From a virus, in the IMG/VR virus record IMGVR_UViG_3300009703_000001: a DNA stretch of 60,903 nucleotides. One strand, written 5' to 3'. Under the pieces are notes generated by a model. The model was not told the origin of the DNA and did not search any database. It worked only from the letters and a program-made list of their open reading frames with translations. Positions 44,775-54,795 of this stretch are shown piece by piece (the stretch's first letter is position 1; each line of letters begins with the position of its first letter). A program made the position numbers and the translations under genes.

Positions 44775-44807
44775 CGCATAAGCGGGAAATAAAACAAAGG
44801 AAGTAAA

Positions 44808-45122
44808 ATGTTAAAAGCAAAAAAATCACTTGCTCAAGCTAATAACTTAAAATTGTTTAAAGCTTGTGAAGTGAACGACTTGCGTAAAACTTACGCAAAA
44901 TTATGGACAGATGTTAAGGAAGAGACATTGCCCATAGTTGAAGAGCAGGGCGGATTTGTTATTGGTAAGTACAAAAATAAATCCTATTCTTTGGAGATCA
45001 TCAAAAAAAATGTTATTAGATTTGATGTAAAAACTTTCAAGGAAAAACATCCTGAAATCTATGACTCATTTAAGATACAAGGTGAGTCTGTAGAGTTAAA
45101 AACAAAGTATAAAAAATCATAA
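44808..45122 (+). CDS. hypothetical protein
   Basis: SD AAGGAAG; 104 aa. Confidence 0.55.
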   Translation: MLKAKKSLAQANNLKLFKACEVNDLRKTYAKLWTDVKEETLPIVEEQGGFVIGKYKNKSYSLEIIKKNVIRFDVKTFKEKHPEIYDSFKIQGESVELKTKYKKS

Positions 45123-45283
45123 TGAATAAAATTAATTTATACTTTTATATAATGTTAATTCTAATTAGCTTTGCCATAGCTTTTTTAGGTGTTGTCATAA
45201 TGTTTAATTTTGATGTTACACTTGGAACAGTTATGGCAATTGCAGGAATTGGACTAACATTAAGAATAGTACACTTTCAATGA
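45122..45283 (+). CDS. small membrane protein (53 aa, 2 hydrophobic segments)
   Basis: Hand-translated MNKINLYFYIMLILISFAIAFLGVVIMF...; TAATG and ATGA coupling. Confidence 0.45.
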   Translation: MNKINLYFYIMLILISFAIAFLGVVIMFNFDVTLGTVMAIAGIGLTLRIVHFQ

Positions 45284-45495
45284 TACCTTTTAAATATAAA
45301 GGATATCAAGTTAATATTGGCAACATTGCCAATGTAACGAAAGTCAATGCAACCAATGGGACGGATGATTGCTCATGGCTGTTTAATATAGACACAGCCC
45401 ATCAGGCAAAATGGGAGGTATTCGTCAAGCGTGTTAAAAAGACTATAGACGATCGCTTGAGATATATTAAACAAACTGAGAATAATCCATCCTAA
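45280..45495 (+). CDS. hypothetical protein
   Basis: 71-aa ORF. Confidence 0.5.
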   Translation: MIPFKYKGYQVNIGNIANVTKVNATNGTDDCSWLFNIDTAHQAKWEVFVKRVKKTIDDRLRYIKQTENNPS

Positions 45496-45508
45496 TTAAT
45501 TTTTATCT

Positions 45509-45540
45509 AACGCCCTCTATTCAAGGGGGCGTTGGTTTTT
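45509..45540 (+). terminator. rho-independent terminator
   Basis: AACGCCCTC-tattcaa-GGGGGCGTT followed by GGTTTTT. Confidence 0.7.
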
Positions 45541-45712
45541 CGTAGAGGTACCAACCAAAATTCAAAAATTAAAAAATTTATTTTTTTAATTTTTTTCCTT
45601 ATTTTTAAAATTTTTCCTTTTCATCCTTTACCTTGACATGCCAAATACATGTAGTCAGGTCTTTAATGAAAGGGGTTTCTTTTTAGGGGACTCAAGTATA
45701 TAGTAAGTATAT

Positions 45713-47200
45713 ATGAGTAATACCGATTTAATGACCACCGATCAGCTACGAGAGAGGCTCGAAAAAGTGTGGCTTCAACATATTAAACTGTGCCAAGATA
45801 ACTTCTTATATTTTGTAAAAAATGTATGGCCTGATTTTATATGTCGTACAGACAAAGATATGAATAGATGGGGACATCATCAACATATTGCTCATGAGTT
45901 TACAAAGATAGCAAAAAATAAAAAAGGGAGGCTCATTGTAAATATGCCTCCAAGACATACCAAATCAGAATTTGCATCTGTTTATTTTCCTGCATGGATC
46001 ATAGGGAAGTTTCCTAAAATGAAATTAATGCAGGTATCACACAATGCAGAACTGTCTGCGAGGTTTGGGGCTAAGGTAAGAAATTTAATTGATAGCCCAG
46101 ACTATAAACAAATATTCGGAGATGTTAGACTACGAGAAGATAGTAAGGCAAAAGGACGTTGGGAGACCAATCATGGTGGGGAATACTTTGCAGCGGGTGT
46201 TGGCGGTTCTATCACAGGACGAGGGGCGGACTTACTTATTATTGACGATCCACATACTGAACAAGATTCTATGTCTGATTCTGCCATGGAAAGAACTTAT
46301 GAATGGTATTTATCTGGACCTAGACAAAGATTACAACCTGGAGGCTCAATTGTACTTGTAATGACAAGATGGGCACAAGATGATTTAACAGGAAGATTAA
46401 TTAAAGCAGAACAAGAACCTAAAGCAGACAAGTGGGAAAAAATTTCTTTTCCTGCACTTCTAGGTGAAGATGATGATGTAGTACCCGTGTGGCCTGAATA
46501 TTGGTCTCTTGAAGAATTAGAAAAAGTTAAAGCGTCTATATCAATTAGAAATTGGTCTGCACAATATATGCAGAACCCAACATCAGAAGAAGGAGCTATT
46601 TTAAAAAGAGAATGGTGGCAGCCGTGGACAAAGGACATGCCATATTTAAAACATGTTATACAATCTTACGACACTGCATTTAGCAAAAGAGAAACTGCAG
46701 ATTATTCTGCTATTACGACTTGGGGAATCTTCACGCCTCACGAATCAGGACCTGATGCTATTATGTTAATTGATGCCGTTAAAGGTAAGTATGATTTTCC
46801 AGAACTAAAAATGGTAGCTTTAGACCAATATAAATATTGGCAGCCAGAGACCGTGATTATTGAAGCTAAAGCAAGTGGACAAAGTTTATTACAAGAATTT
46901 CGTAGAATGGGTATTCCTGTTATGGATTACACTCCAGGAAGAGGACAGGATAAACATTCACGGGTCAACGCTTGTGCTCCTATATTCGAATCAGCACAAG
47001 TATATTTTCCCAGAGACGAACATTGGGCAGAAGAAGTCATTGAAGAATGTGCTGCTTTTCCTCATGGAGAACATGATGATTATGTGGACAGCACCACTCA
47101 AGCTATGTTAAGATACCGCCAAGGTTCTTTTATAACTACTTTTTCTGACGAGAAAGAGATTGAACGTTATAATCGAGAGCGAAAATACGTATATTACTAA
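45713..47200 (+). CDS. terL: terminase large subunit
   Basis: PPRHTKSE, GADLLIIDDPH (Walker B), VMTRWAQDDLTGRL, C-terminal nuclease IIEAKASGQSL...HDDYVDSTTQA. Confidence 0.9.
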   Translation: MSNTDLMTTDQLRERLEKVWLQHIKLCQDNFLYFVKNVWPDFICRTDKDMNRWGHHQHIAHEFTKIAKNKKGRLIVNMPPRHTKSEFASVYFPAWIIGKFPKMKLMQVSHNAELSARFGAKVRNLIDSPDYKQIFGDVRLREDSKAKGRWETNHGGEYFAAGVGGSITGRGADLLIIDDPHTEQDSMSDSAMERTYEWYLSGPRQRLQPGGSIVLVMTRWAQDDLTGRLIKAEQEPKADKWEKISFPALLGEDDDVVPVWPEYWSLEELEKVKASISIRNWSAQYMQNPTSEEGAILKREWWQPWTKDMPYLKHVIQSYDTAFSKRETADYSAITTWGIFTPHESGPDAIMLIDAVKGKYDFPELKMVALDQYKYWQPETVIIEAKASGQSLLQEFRRMGIPVMDYTPGRGQDKHSRVNACAPIFESAQVYFPRDEHWAEEVIEECAAFPHGEHDDYVDSTTQAMLRYRQGSFITTFSDEKEIERYNRERKYVYY

Positions 47201-47211
47201 GGAGAAACCCA

Positions 47212-47694
47212 ATGGGAAAATTAAGTAAAAAACTAAAAAGAGCAGCAATGGTAGGCGCAGGTCTTTATGCGGCAAACAAAGCAATGACTGGCTCTATAGG
47301 TAGACATCAAGCCTCAAAAAGTTTAGCAGGTGATAAGTTTGCTAAAGCAAGAAAGGTGATGACATCTAACAAAGCATATACAGGAAAACCTGGAATGCTA
47401 TCTAAAAGTATGGGTATGGATAAAAAAGCAAGTCCGATTAAAATATTAGCGGATGAATCTAGAACTAATCTAAATCCAAGAACTAGAGGTGGGCAGCTAA
47501 ATAGAATGAAACTATGGCAAGCTAAACAGAAAGCACTTGACGCAGCTAAACCAAAGAGCACTGTGAAACCAAGAGGCGGAGGTCATCCACTAAGAAGAGG
47601 AAGCTATCGAGCTAAAGGTGGAGTCATTAAAGCGCGTGGTGGTGTTATGGTTAATACTAAACTAAATGGTAAATTATACACAGAAACTTTCTAA
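47212..47694 (+). CDS. basic small protein
   Basis: SD GGAG; Lys/Arg/Gly-rich, resembling the 1133-2673 set. Confidence 0.55.
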   Translation: MGKLSKKLKRAAMVGAGLYAANKAMTGSIGRHQASKSLAGDKFAKARKVMTSNKAYTGKPGMLSKSMGMDKKASPIKILADESRTNLNPRTRGGQLNRMKLWQAKQKALDAAKPKSTVKPRGGGHPLRRGSYRAKGGVIKARGGVMVNTKLNGKLYTETF

Positions 47695-50108
47695 TGGCTG
47701 AAGTCGATAAAGCAATCATTGCTGAAGAAGAAATTTCTTCAGATGGAGAAACTGAAAAAGAAGTAGATGTTGAAATAGAAGGATCGGAAGGTCCTTCTGT
47801 TATCGAGACTGTTCTTTCGGTAGAGGAAGAATTTCATCAAAATCTTGCAGAAGAATTATCTGAAGATGTTCTTCAAAGAATGTCTAATCAATTGCTAGAC
47901 GAATATAAACGAGATAGAGTTTCACGAAAAGATTGGGAAACTTCTTATACTAATAATTTAGATTTATTAGGTTTAAATACTAGAGAAAGAACTAGACCTT
48001 TTAGAGGGTCAGCTTCTGTAACACATCCATTACTTTCAGAAGCAGTTACACAATTTCAAGCACAAGCATATAAAGAATTACTTCCTTCTTCAGGACCTGT
48101 TAAGAGTAAAGTTTTAGGAGTTGAAGATGAAGCTAAAATGAATCAAGCTGCTCGGGTTCAAGATTTCATGAATTATATGATTACTGAAAAAATGGAAGAA
48201 TATACTCCAGAGTTTGATCAATTATTATTTTATTTAGCCCTAGCAGGTTCGGCATTTAAAAAAGTTTATTATGATGAAGTAATGCAAAGAGCTGTTTCTA
48301 AATTTATTCCTGCAGAAGACTTAGTAGTTCCTTATTATGCAACCGATTTATTAGAGTGTGAAAGAATTACCCATGTTATTAAAATGGGAGAAAATGATAT
48401 TCTTAAAAAACAAGCTGTAGGGTTTTATAGAGATATTGAATTAAAACCATTATCTACAGGAGTCACACAAATTGAAAAAAAATACCAAGAGCTAGAAGGA
48501 ATTACACCTTCAAGCGATAGACAGTATACATTCCAAGTTTTAGAAATGCATGTAGATTTAAATCTAGAAGAATTTGAAAATGCATCTGCTAATAAAGAAA
48601 AAGAAGTTAAGATTCCTTACATTGTAACAATTGATGAAGGTTCAGGAGAAATTTTATCTATTTATCGTAACTATTCACTTAATGATGAGTTTAAAAAAAG
48701 AAAAGAATACTTTGTACATTTTAAATTTTTACCAGGTTTAGGTTTTTATGGGTTTGGTTTAACTCATATGATTGGTGGTTTAAGTAGATCAGCTACACAA
48801 TCTTTAAGACAATTACTAGATGCAGGTACATTATCTAATTTACCAGCAGGATTTAAGTCTAGAGGAATAAGAATTAGAGATGATGATCAGCCTTTTCAAC
48901 CTGGAGAGTTTAGAGATGTAGATGCACCAGGTGGAAACATTAAAGATCAGTTTCAAATTTTACCATTTAAAGAACCTTCAGCTACATTATATCAATTAAT
49001 GGGCTTTGTTGTTCAAGCAGGTCAGAAGTTTGCAGCTATTACTAACATGGATGTTGGTAATGACATGCAAAATAGAGCTGTTGGTACTACGGTTGCGCTG
49101 TTGGAACGTGGTTCGAGAGTCATGACTGCTATACATAAAAGATGTTATTACTCTATGAAAAGAGAATTTAGACTTTTATCTAAAGTTTTTGGAGAATATT
49201 TACCCCCACTTTATCCATATACAGTATATGGTGCCGATCAAGCAGTTAAACAAACAGATTTTGATAATAGAGTAGATGTTTTACCAGTTGCTGATCCTAA
49301 TATTATGTCTATGGCACAAAGAGTAACTTTAGCTAATGAAAATTTAAAAATTGCTATGTCTAATCCTTTAATGCATAATTTAAGAGAAGCATATCGTAGA
49401 GTATATGAAGCATTAGGGACGCAAGATATAGATCAATTATTAATTCCACAAGAACAACCTACTCCTAAAGACCCTGCAACAGAAAATAGAGAAGCTTTAA
49501 TGCAAAAACCATTATATGCTTTTCCCGAACAAGATCATCAAGCACATATTACTGCGCATAGAGCATTTATGTCGACAAGAATGGTACAAATTAATCCACA
49601 AGTCTCTTCAGCATTACAAGCACATATTTCGGAACATGTTTCAATGTTAGCAGGTCAACAAATTGGTGCTTTAATTGCACAAGATCCAATGATGCAACAA
49701 AAATTACAGATGGATCCTGAAGGAGCAAAGGTTCAAATTAATTCTATGATTGCTCAAAAGATAGCTCAATTAACTCTTGAACTTGCTGAAAGTGAAGCTA
49801 TGGGACAACAACAAGATCCATTGGTTGCATTAAAGCAACAAGAATTAGATATTAAAGCATTAGACCTACAAAGAAAATCAGAACAAGATATGATGTCTAA
49901 TGAAATTAGAGAAAATGAAATAGATGAAAAATTAGATGTGGAAAAAATGAAATTAGAAAATAATGAAGATCAAGCTGCAGAAAGAATTAGAATTGCAGAT
50001 CAAAAATTAAAACAAACTAGAGATATTGCTGAAGCTCGTTTACAAGTTGAGAAAATGAAACGAACTGCAGAAGATCGTAGAACAAAAGAACAAGGTAAGA
50101 AAAAATAA
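47694..50108 (+). CDS. portal protein
   Basis: 804 aa just downstream of terL; acidic N-terminus, coiled-coil basic C-terminus; call rests on size and synteny. Confidence 0.7.
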   Translation: MAEVDKAIIAEEEISSDGETEKEVDVEIEGSEGPSVIETVLSVEEEFHQNLAEELSEDVLQRMSNQLLDEYKRDRVSRKDWETSYTNNLDLLGLNTRERTRPFRGSASVTHPLLSEAVTQFQAQAYKELLPSSGPVKSKVLGVEDEAKMNQAARVQDFMNYMITEKMEEYTPEFDQLLFYLALAGSAFKKVYYDEVMQRAVSKFIPAEDLVVPYYATDLLECERITHVIKMGENDILKKQAVGFYRDIELKPLSTGVTQIEKKYQELEGITPSSDRQYTFQVLEMHVDLNLEEFENASANKEKEVKIPYIVTIDEGSGEILSIYRNYSLNDEFKKRKEYFVHFKFLPGLGFYGFGLTHMIGGLSRSATQSLRQLLDAGTLSNLPAGFKSRGIRIRDDDQPFQPGEFRDVDAPGGNIKDQFQILPFKEPSATLYQLMGFVVQAGQKFAAITNMDVGNDMQNRAVGTTVALLERGSRVMTAIHKRCYYSMKREFRLLSKVFGEYLPPLYPYTVYGADQAVKQTDFDNRVDVLPVADPNIMSMAQRVTLANENLKIAMSNPLMHNLREAYRRVYEALGTQDIDQLLIPQEQPTPKDPATENREALMQKPLYAFPEQDHQAHITAHRAFMSTRMVQINPQVSSALQAHISEHVSMLAGQQIGALIAQDPMMQQKLQMDPEGAKVQINSMIAQKIAQLTLELAESEAMGQQQDPLVALKQQELDIKALDLQRKSEQDMMSNEIRENEIDEKLDVEKMKLENNEDQAAERIRIADQKLKQTRDIAEARLQVEKMKRTAEDRRTKEQGKKK

Positions 50109-50692
50109 TGCCATTCCGATCTGAAAAACAAAAAAGATATTTGTGGAAAAACCATCCTGACATTGCAAAAAGATGGTCTAAGCGTTATGGAAATAAAATA
50201 AACAAACTTAAAGGCGGAGGTATGGATTCTTCTGAACCTGATTTTGGTACAAGAAGTTCATTAGGAAATGCAAGAGAAAATTATATAAGCACTCAATATG
50301 GTGGGGGTTCTAAAAATACTGGGAATAAAGGAAATGGAGCTCTATCTATGGCAAATATAGTTACAGGTTTAGTAGGTAAAGTAATTGATTTCCCATTAAG
50401 TTTAGCAACAACCATTGGAGGAAAATTTAGTGGTGTAAATACCAATAATCCAACTAACCCACCAAAGAATGATGAAAGAGGAGGACATACCACAATCATA
50501 CCGCCTAAACAAGTAGCTATTCAAGCTCCTAAGTCTGTTAGCAAATCTGTTTCACCTTTAGATAATTTTTTTAAATTTAAAGCTTATAGAGTGGGAGGAT
50601 TATCAGGTGGAGTAAGATATGGTCCACCACCTTTAAGAGGACCAAATCCTCAAGTACCTCCAGTTAAATTAAGAAAAGGGAGTAAAAAATAA
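50108..50692 (+). CDS. hypothetical basic/Gly-Pro-rich protein
   Basis: TAATG coupling to portal; N-terminal RSEKQKRYLWKNHP. Confidence 0.55.
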   Translation: MPFRSEKQKRYLWKNHPDIAKRWSKRYGNKINKLKGGGMDSSEPDFGTRSSLGNARENYISTQYGGGSKNTGNKGNGALSMANIVTGLVGKVIDFPLSLATTIGGKFSGVNTNNPTNPPKNDERGGHTTIIPPKQVAIQAPKSVSKSVSPLDNFFKFKAYRVGGLSGGVRYGPPPLRGPNPQVPPVKLRKGSKK

Positions 50693-50693
50693 T

Positions 50694-51080
50694 ATGGCTT
50701 GGTTCAGTTTAGCTAAAATAGCTTTGCAGGCTGGAAGTAAAATTTATTCTAACCGTCAGAAGACTAAGATGGCTATGTCTGATGCACAATTAATGCATGC
50801 AGAAAAGATGGCTCGAGGTGAGGAGCAATACCAAGGCAAACTTTTAGAAGCCCGTCAAAACGACTACAAGGACGAAATCGTTTTGGCGATTCTCACACTG
50901 CCCATAATTGTGCTCGCCTGGTCGGTTTGGACAGAGGATCCAGAGGCAATGCAGAAGATAGAAATCTTTTTTGAGTACTTTTCAAACCTTCCGAAATGGT
51001 TTACAAATTTATGGATTTTGGTCGTAGCGAGCGTTTTTGGGATTAAAGGAACTCAGATCTTCAGGAATGGTAAAAAATGA
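50694..51080 (+). CDS. membrane protein (two C-terminal hydrophobic segments)
   Basis: IVLAILTLPIIVLAWSVW and LWILVVASVFGI. Confidence 0.5.
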   Translation: MAWFSLAKIALQAGSKIYSNRQKTKMAMSDAQLMHAEKMARGEEQYQGKLLEARQNDYKDEIVLAILTLPIIVLAWSVWTEDPEAMQKIEIFFEYFSNLPKWFTNLWILVVASVFGIKGTQIFRNGKK

Positions 51081-51238
51081 TTTGGGATTGGATAAAAAGT
51101 TTTTTTATAAAAGAACCATCTAAAGATCCTCATCTTGAATTATATGAAGATCTTGATTATGATGAAATGACTAAAGGTGATCTTAAAAAATTAAAAGCGC
51201 AAGGTAAAATAAAGTCTATTTACAAACCATACATATAG
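51077..51238 (+). CDS. small acidic protein (53 aa)
   Basis: Hand-translated MIWDWIKSFFIKEPSKDPHLELYEDLDYDEM...; ATGA coupling. Confidence 0.35.
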   Translation: MIWDWIKSFFIKEPSKDPHLELYEDLDYDEMTKGDLKKLKAQGKIKSIYKPYI

Positions 51239-51304
51239 TATATAAATTTAAGGCATGAGGCGGCCTGCTATAAAAAGTAAAATTATTCACTCAAAAAAGG
51301 TTTT

Positions 51305-52732
51305 GTGAAAATAATTATAGTAGGAGGCGGTACAGCGGGGCTAATAGCAGCTTTAACTCTAAAAAGTCGTTTTAATAACTTTAATATAAATATAATTAAG
51401 TCGGATAAAATTGGAATAGTGGGGGTCGGGGAAGGGACTACTGAACATTGGAGAGAGTTTTGTGAGTTTAATAAAATTTCTATCTCTGAACTTATTAAAG
51501 AAACGGATGCAACCTTTAAATATGGTATTATGTTTGAAAATTGGACTAATCATACTTATTTTCATAATGTAGAATACCACTTATCTAAACTAAAGTTTGG
51601 TCAATATTTATCAGGCTTTGGTTATTGTATAAAAAATAAATTACAATCCAAAGAATATACAGATAAATCGTGTTGGGATAATAAAATTTCTCTTACCGAC
51701 CTTCCTAATCAATTTCATTTTAATACCTATAAGTTAAATGAATATTTGTTAAATAAATGTAAATCTAGAGGAATAAAAATATTTGAAGATGAAATTAATA
51801 ATATAATTAATGATGAAGAAGGAAATATTAAATATATTGAAGGTAATTTAAAATATAATGCCGATTTTTTTATTGATTGTACAGGTTTTAAGAAAAAATT
51901 AATTACTTCTTTAGGAGCAACATGGATTTCATATAAAAAATATTTACCAATGAATGAAGCGATAGCGTTTCCGACTGAAGATACAGATGAATATACCCCT
52001 TATACTCTTGCAAAAGCTATGAAAGCGGGTTGGATGTGGAGAATTCCTACTAATGGACGGTGGGGAAATGGTTATGTTTTTAACAATAATTATATTTCTG
52101 CTGCTGAAGCTCAACTTGAATGTGAACATTATTTAAATAAAAAAATTACTATTGGTAAAAATATTAAATTTGAAGCAGGTTATGTGGATAAAGTGTGGAT
52201 AAAAAACTGCGTAGCAATAGGATTAAGTTCAAGTTTTATTGAACCACTCGAAGCATCTTCTATAGGTACCTCCATTGCACAATCATTTTTATTAATGCAT
52301 TTAATCGTAAACTACTCAGCGTCTGATATTAATTTATATAATAAAAAGTTTATTGAGATTGTAGAAAATATAAGAGACTTTGTTTTGCTCCATTATTTAT
52401 GTAAAAAAAATGATTCACCTTTTTGGAAAAATTTTAAACCATGTCTTCCTTTATCTTTAATTAATAAATTAGACAAGTGGAAATATAGACTTCCTATTCA
52501 AGAAGATTTTGAAAATAATTATTTATTATTTACTCAAGAAAACTTTACTATTATTCTTAAAGAATTAGAATTATTTGATCTTAAATATATTGAAAAAGAA
52601 TATGAATCGTTGTCGGAAAATCTCAAGAATTATACAGAGGCTCAAATGAGAAATTTTCATCTCAAACCAATTAAATCAATAAGTCATAAAAAATATTTAA
52701 ATAATATTAATGATCCATCCACTCAATATTAA
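51305..52732 (+). CDS. flavin-dependent (tryptophan-type) halogenase homologue
   Basis: IIIVGGGTAG (GxGxxG), GVGEGT, GWMWRIP (WxWxIP), SFIEPLEASSIG; GTG start. Confidence 0.75.
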   Translation: MKIIIVGGGTAGLIAALTLKSRFNNFNINIIKSDKIGIVGVGEGTTEHWREFCEFNKISISELIKETDATFKYGIMFENWTNHTYFHNVEYHLSKLKFGQYLSGFGYCIKNKLQSKEYTDKSCWDNKISLTDLPNQFHFNTYKLNEYLLNKCKSRGIKIFEDEINNIINDEEGNIKYIEGNLKYNADFFIDCTGFKKKLITSLGATWISYKKYLPMNEAIAFPTEDTDEYTPYTLAKAMKAGWMWRIPTNGRWGNGYVFNNNYISAAEAQLECEHYLNKKITIGKNIKFEAGYVDKVWIKNCVAIGLSSSFIEPLEASSIGTSIAQSFLLMHLIVNYSASDINLYNKKFIEIVENIRDFVLLHYLCKKNDSPFWKNFKPCLPLSLINKLDKWKYRLPIQEDFENNYLLFTQENFTIILKELELFDLKYIEKEYESLSENLKNYTEAQMRNFHLKPIKSISHKKYLNNINDPSTQY

Positions 52733-53462
52733 AAAAAGACGACAACAATTTTTAAGCGGAAAACCTTTTCCTTATGTAATAATTGATAATTTTTTTAAAC
52801 ACGATGTAGCCCAAAATATTTTAACCGAATTAAATAATTTTAATTATAAAAAAAATAATACAGTAAGATATTTATCTCCTTTAGAAAATAAATTTGCTTG
52901 TAATCATTATGATAAGTTTAGTAAAAATATATATAAAGTTTTTCATTTTTTAAATTCAGAAGTTTTTATAAAACAAGTTCAATTAATAACAGATCAAAAA
53001 AAATTATATGCTGATAATGGTTTATTTGGTGCAGGTTTACATTTTCATGGTAATAAAGGCAAACTAAATATACATCAAGATCATTCTGTTCATCCTAAAT
53101 TAAATTTACAAAGAAAATTAAATTTAATTATTTATATGTCTGCTGATTGGAAAGAAAGCTATGGAGGGCATTTAGAGTTTTGGTCTCATAACGAAAATAC
53201 AAATAAACCCAAAGATTTAGCTCATAAAATTAAAATTAAATTTAATAGAGCCGTTTTATTTGATACAAACAGCAATAGTTGGCATGGACTACCACATGAA
53301 ATAAAGTGTAAAGCTGATAAAGTAAGGCAAAGTATGGCTGTTTATTATTTGACAGATCTAAAAGAAACATCTATTAAAAGAGCCAGAGCTTTATTTGTTC
53401 CAAGTAAAGAACAAGAAAATAATAAAGAAGTTTTAAATATAATTAAAGAAAGATCAGTTTAA
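52710..53462 (+). CDS. 2OG-Fe(II) oxygenase
   Basis: LNIHQDHS (HxD), YGGHLEFW, NSWHGLP, RQSMAVYY. Confidence 0.7.
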   Translation: MIHPLNIKKRRQQFLSGKPFPYVIIDNFFKHDVAQNILTELNNFNYKKNNTVRYLSPLENKFACNHYDKFSKNIYKVFHFLNSEVFIKQVQLITDQKKLYADNGLFGAGLHFHGNKGKLNIHQDHSVHPKLNLQRKLNLIIYMSADWKESYGGHLEFWSHNENTNKPKDLAHKIKIKFNRAVLFDTNSNSWHGLPHEIKCKADKVRQSMAVYYLTDLKETSIKRARALFVPSKEQENNKEVLNIIKERSV

Positions 53463-54598
53463 TGGCACATCCTGCTCAAGTAAATTTTTTAAATGCGGTT
53501 AAGGAAAGATTTGCAGACAAATTTAATCAACCTTCAGTAGTTGATATAGGATCACTCGATATTAATGGTAATACTAGATTTTTATTTAATAATCCCCAAT
53601 ATGTTGGAGTAGATATTGGAGAAGGACCTAATGTAGATGTAATTTCTAAAGGTCATGAATATAAATCAGAACATAGATTTGATATTGTAATAAGTACAGA
53701 ATGTTTTGAACATGATATGTACTACAAAGAAACACTAAAAAATTGTGTTAAACTTTGTAAAGCAGGAGGAATGTTTATTTTTACCTGTGCCTCAGAAGGA
53801 AGAGCAGAACACGGAACAGCAAGAACTTCAACAACAGATGCACCTTTATTAAAAGGTGAATGGTCAAACTATTATAAAAATTTAACTGAAAAAGATATAA
53901 GAGAAGTTTTAAATATAGATGGTATTTTTTCTGATTATCAATTTCTTTATGAACCTAATCATAAAGATTTATATTTTTGGGGTATTAAAAGAAAAGGTCC
54001 AAAGATTTGGACTCATATGATTTGGGATGAGGATAGAAATCTAGGAAGAGCTTATAATGATGCAATTAATCAACATCCAGATAAAGATTGGGTAGCTATT
54101 ATTGATCATGATGCTATGTTTACAACAATGGATTGGTATACACAATTACAACAATGTATAAACTCAAATCCTAATGCTGCAGCCTTTACCAGTAGAACTA
54201 ATAGAGTTGCTTGTATGGAATTGTTGACAGTAGGCGTAGATCCACATAATCATGATTATTCTTATCATCGAAGAGTGGGGGCACATTTAAGTAAAAAATA
54301 TTGGGGTGAGGTAAATACATACCCTAAAGAAAAAGCGGGTAGATGGAGCGGTATTTTTATTGCAGTAAATGTTGGAAGAATAAAAGAATTAGGTGGTTTT
54401 TCTGATAACGGAAAATGGTTTGGTCAGGATCAAATGACCCATAAAAAAATAGTAGAGTCAAAATATAAATTTTGTGTTTGTAATGGAATTTATATTTATC
54501 ATTGGTATAAAGCAGAAAAACCCTATGATCATTCAAAAAATACTATGGAAGCTTTAGAAAATGCACACTTAAACTTTATTAAACTTACAAAATGTTAG
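53462..54598 (+). CDS. fusion of SAM-dependent methyltransferase and GT-A glycosyltransferase-like domain
   Basis: VVDIGSLDINGN / VGVDIGEG / VISTECFEH / AGGMFIFT, then VAIIDHDAMF (DxD). Confidence 0.6.
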   Translation: MAHPAQVNFLNAVKERFADKFNQPSVVDIGSLDINGNTRFLFNNPQYVGVDIGEGPNVDVISKGHEYKSEHRFDIVISTECFEHDMYYKETLKNCVKLCKAGGMFIFTCASEGRAEHGTARTSTTDAPLLKGEWSNYYKNLTEKDIREVLNIDGIFSDYQFLYEPNHKDLYFWGIKRKGPKIWTHMIWDEDRNLGRAYNDAINQHPDKDWVAIIDHDAMFTTMDWYTQLQQCINSNPNAAAFTSRTNRVACMELLTVGVDPHNHDYSYHRRVGAHLSKKYWGEVNTYPKEKAGRWSGIFIAVNVGRIKELGGFSDNGKWFGQDQMTHKKIVESKYKFCVCNGIYIYHWYKAEKPYDHSKNTMEALENAHLNFIKLTKC

Positions 54599-54795
54599 AT
54601 CCATATACTATAGATTCAATAAAACATAAAATTCAAAAAGACATAGAACATATTAAAGAGCATATTTGCTATGGGGTTGATTCGATAAATAAATTAGAGT
54701 ATGCTAGGGGCAAACTCAGTGCTTTAGAAACACTGCTTCAGGATATTAAAAACCTGCAAAAGGAGGATAACGATGGAGACCTTGATAAAACCTAA
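54592..54795 (+). CDS. hypothetical protein
   Basis: 67-aa ORF. Confidence 0.45.
   Translation: MLDPYTIDSIKHKIQKDIEHIKEHICYGVDSINKLEYARGKLSALETLLQDIKNLQKEDNDGDLDKT

Noticed and set aside
46089-47111. ORFs embedded in terL (46089..46361+, 46297..46638-, 46860..47111+), and similar ones in the SNF2, helicase and polymerase genes (22800..23764, 28105..28353, 30427..30717)
   Set aside because: They lie inside high-confidence genes whose frames carry the catalytic motifs.
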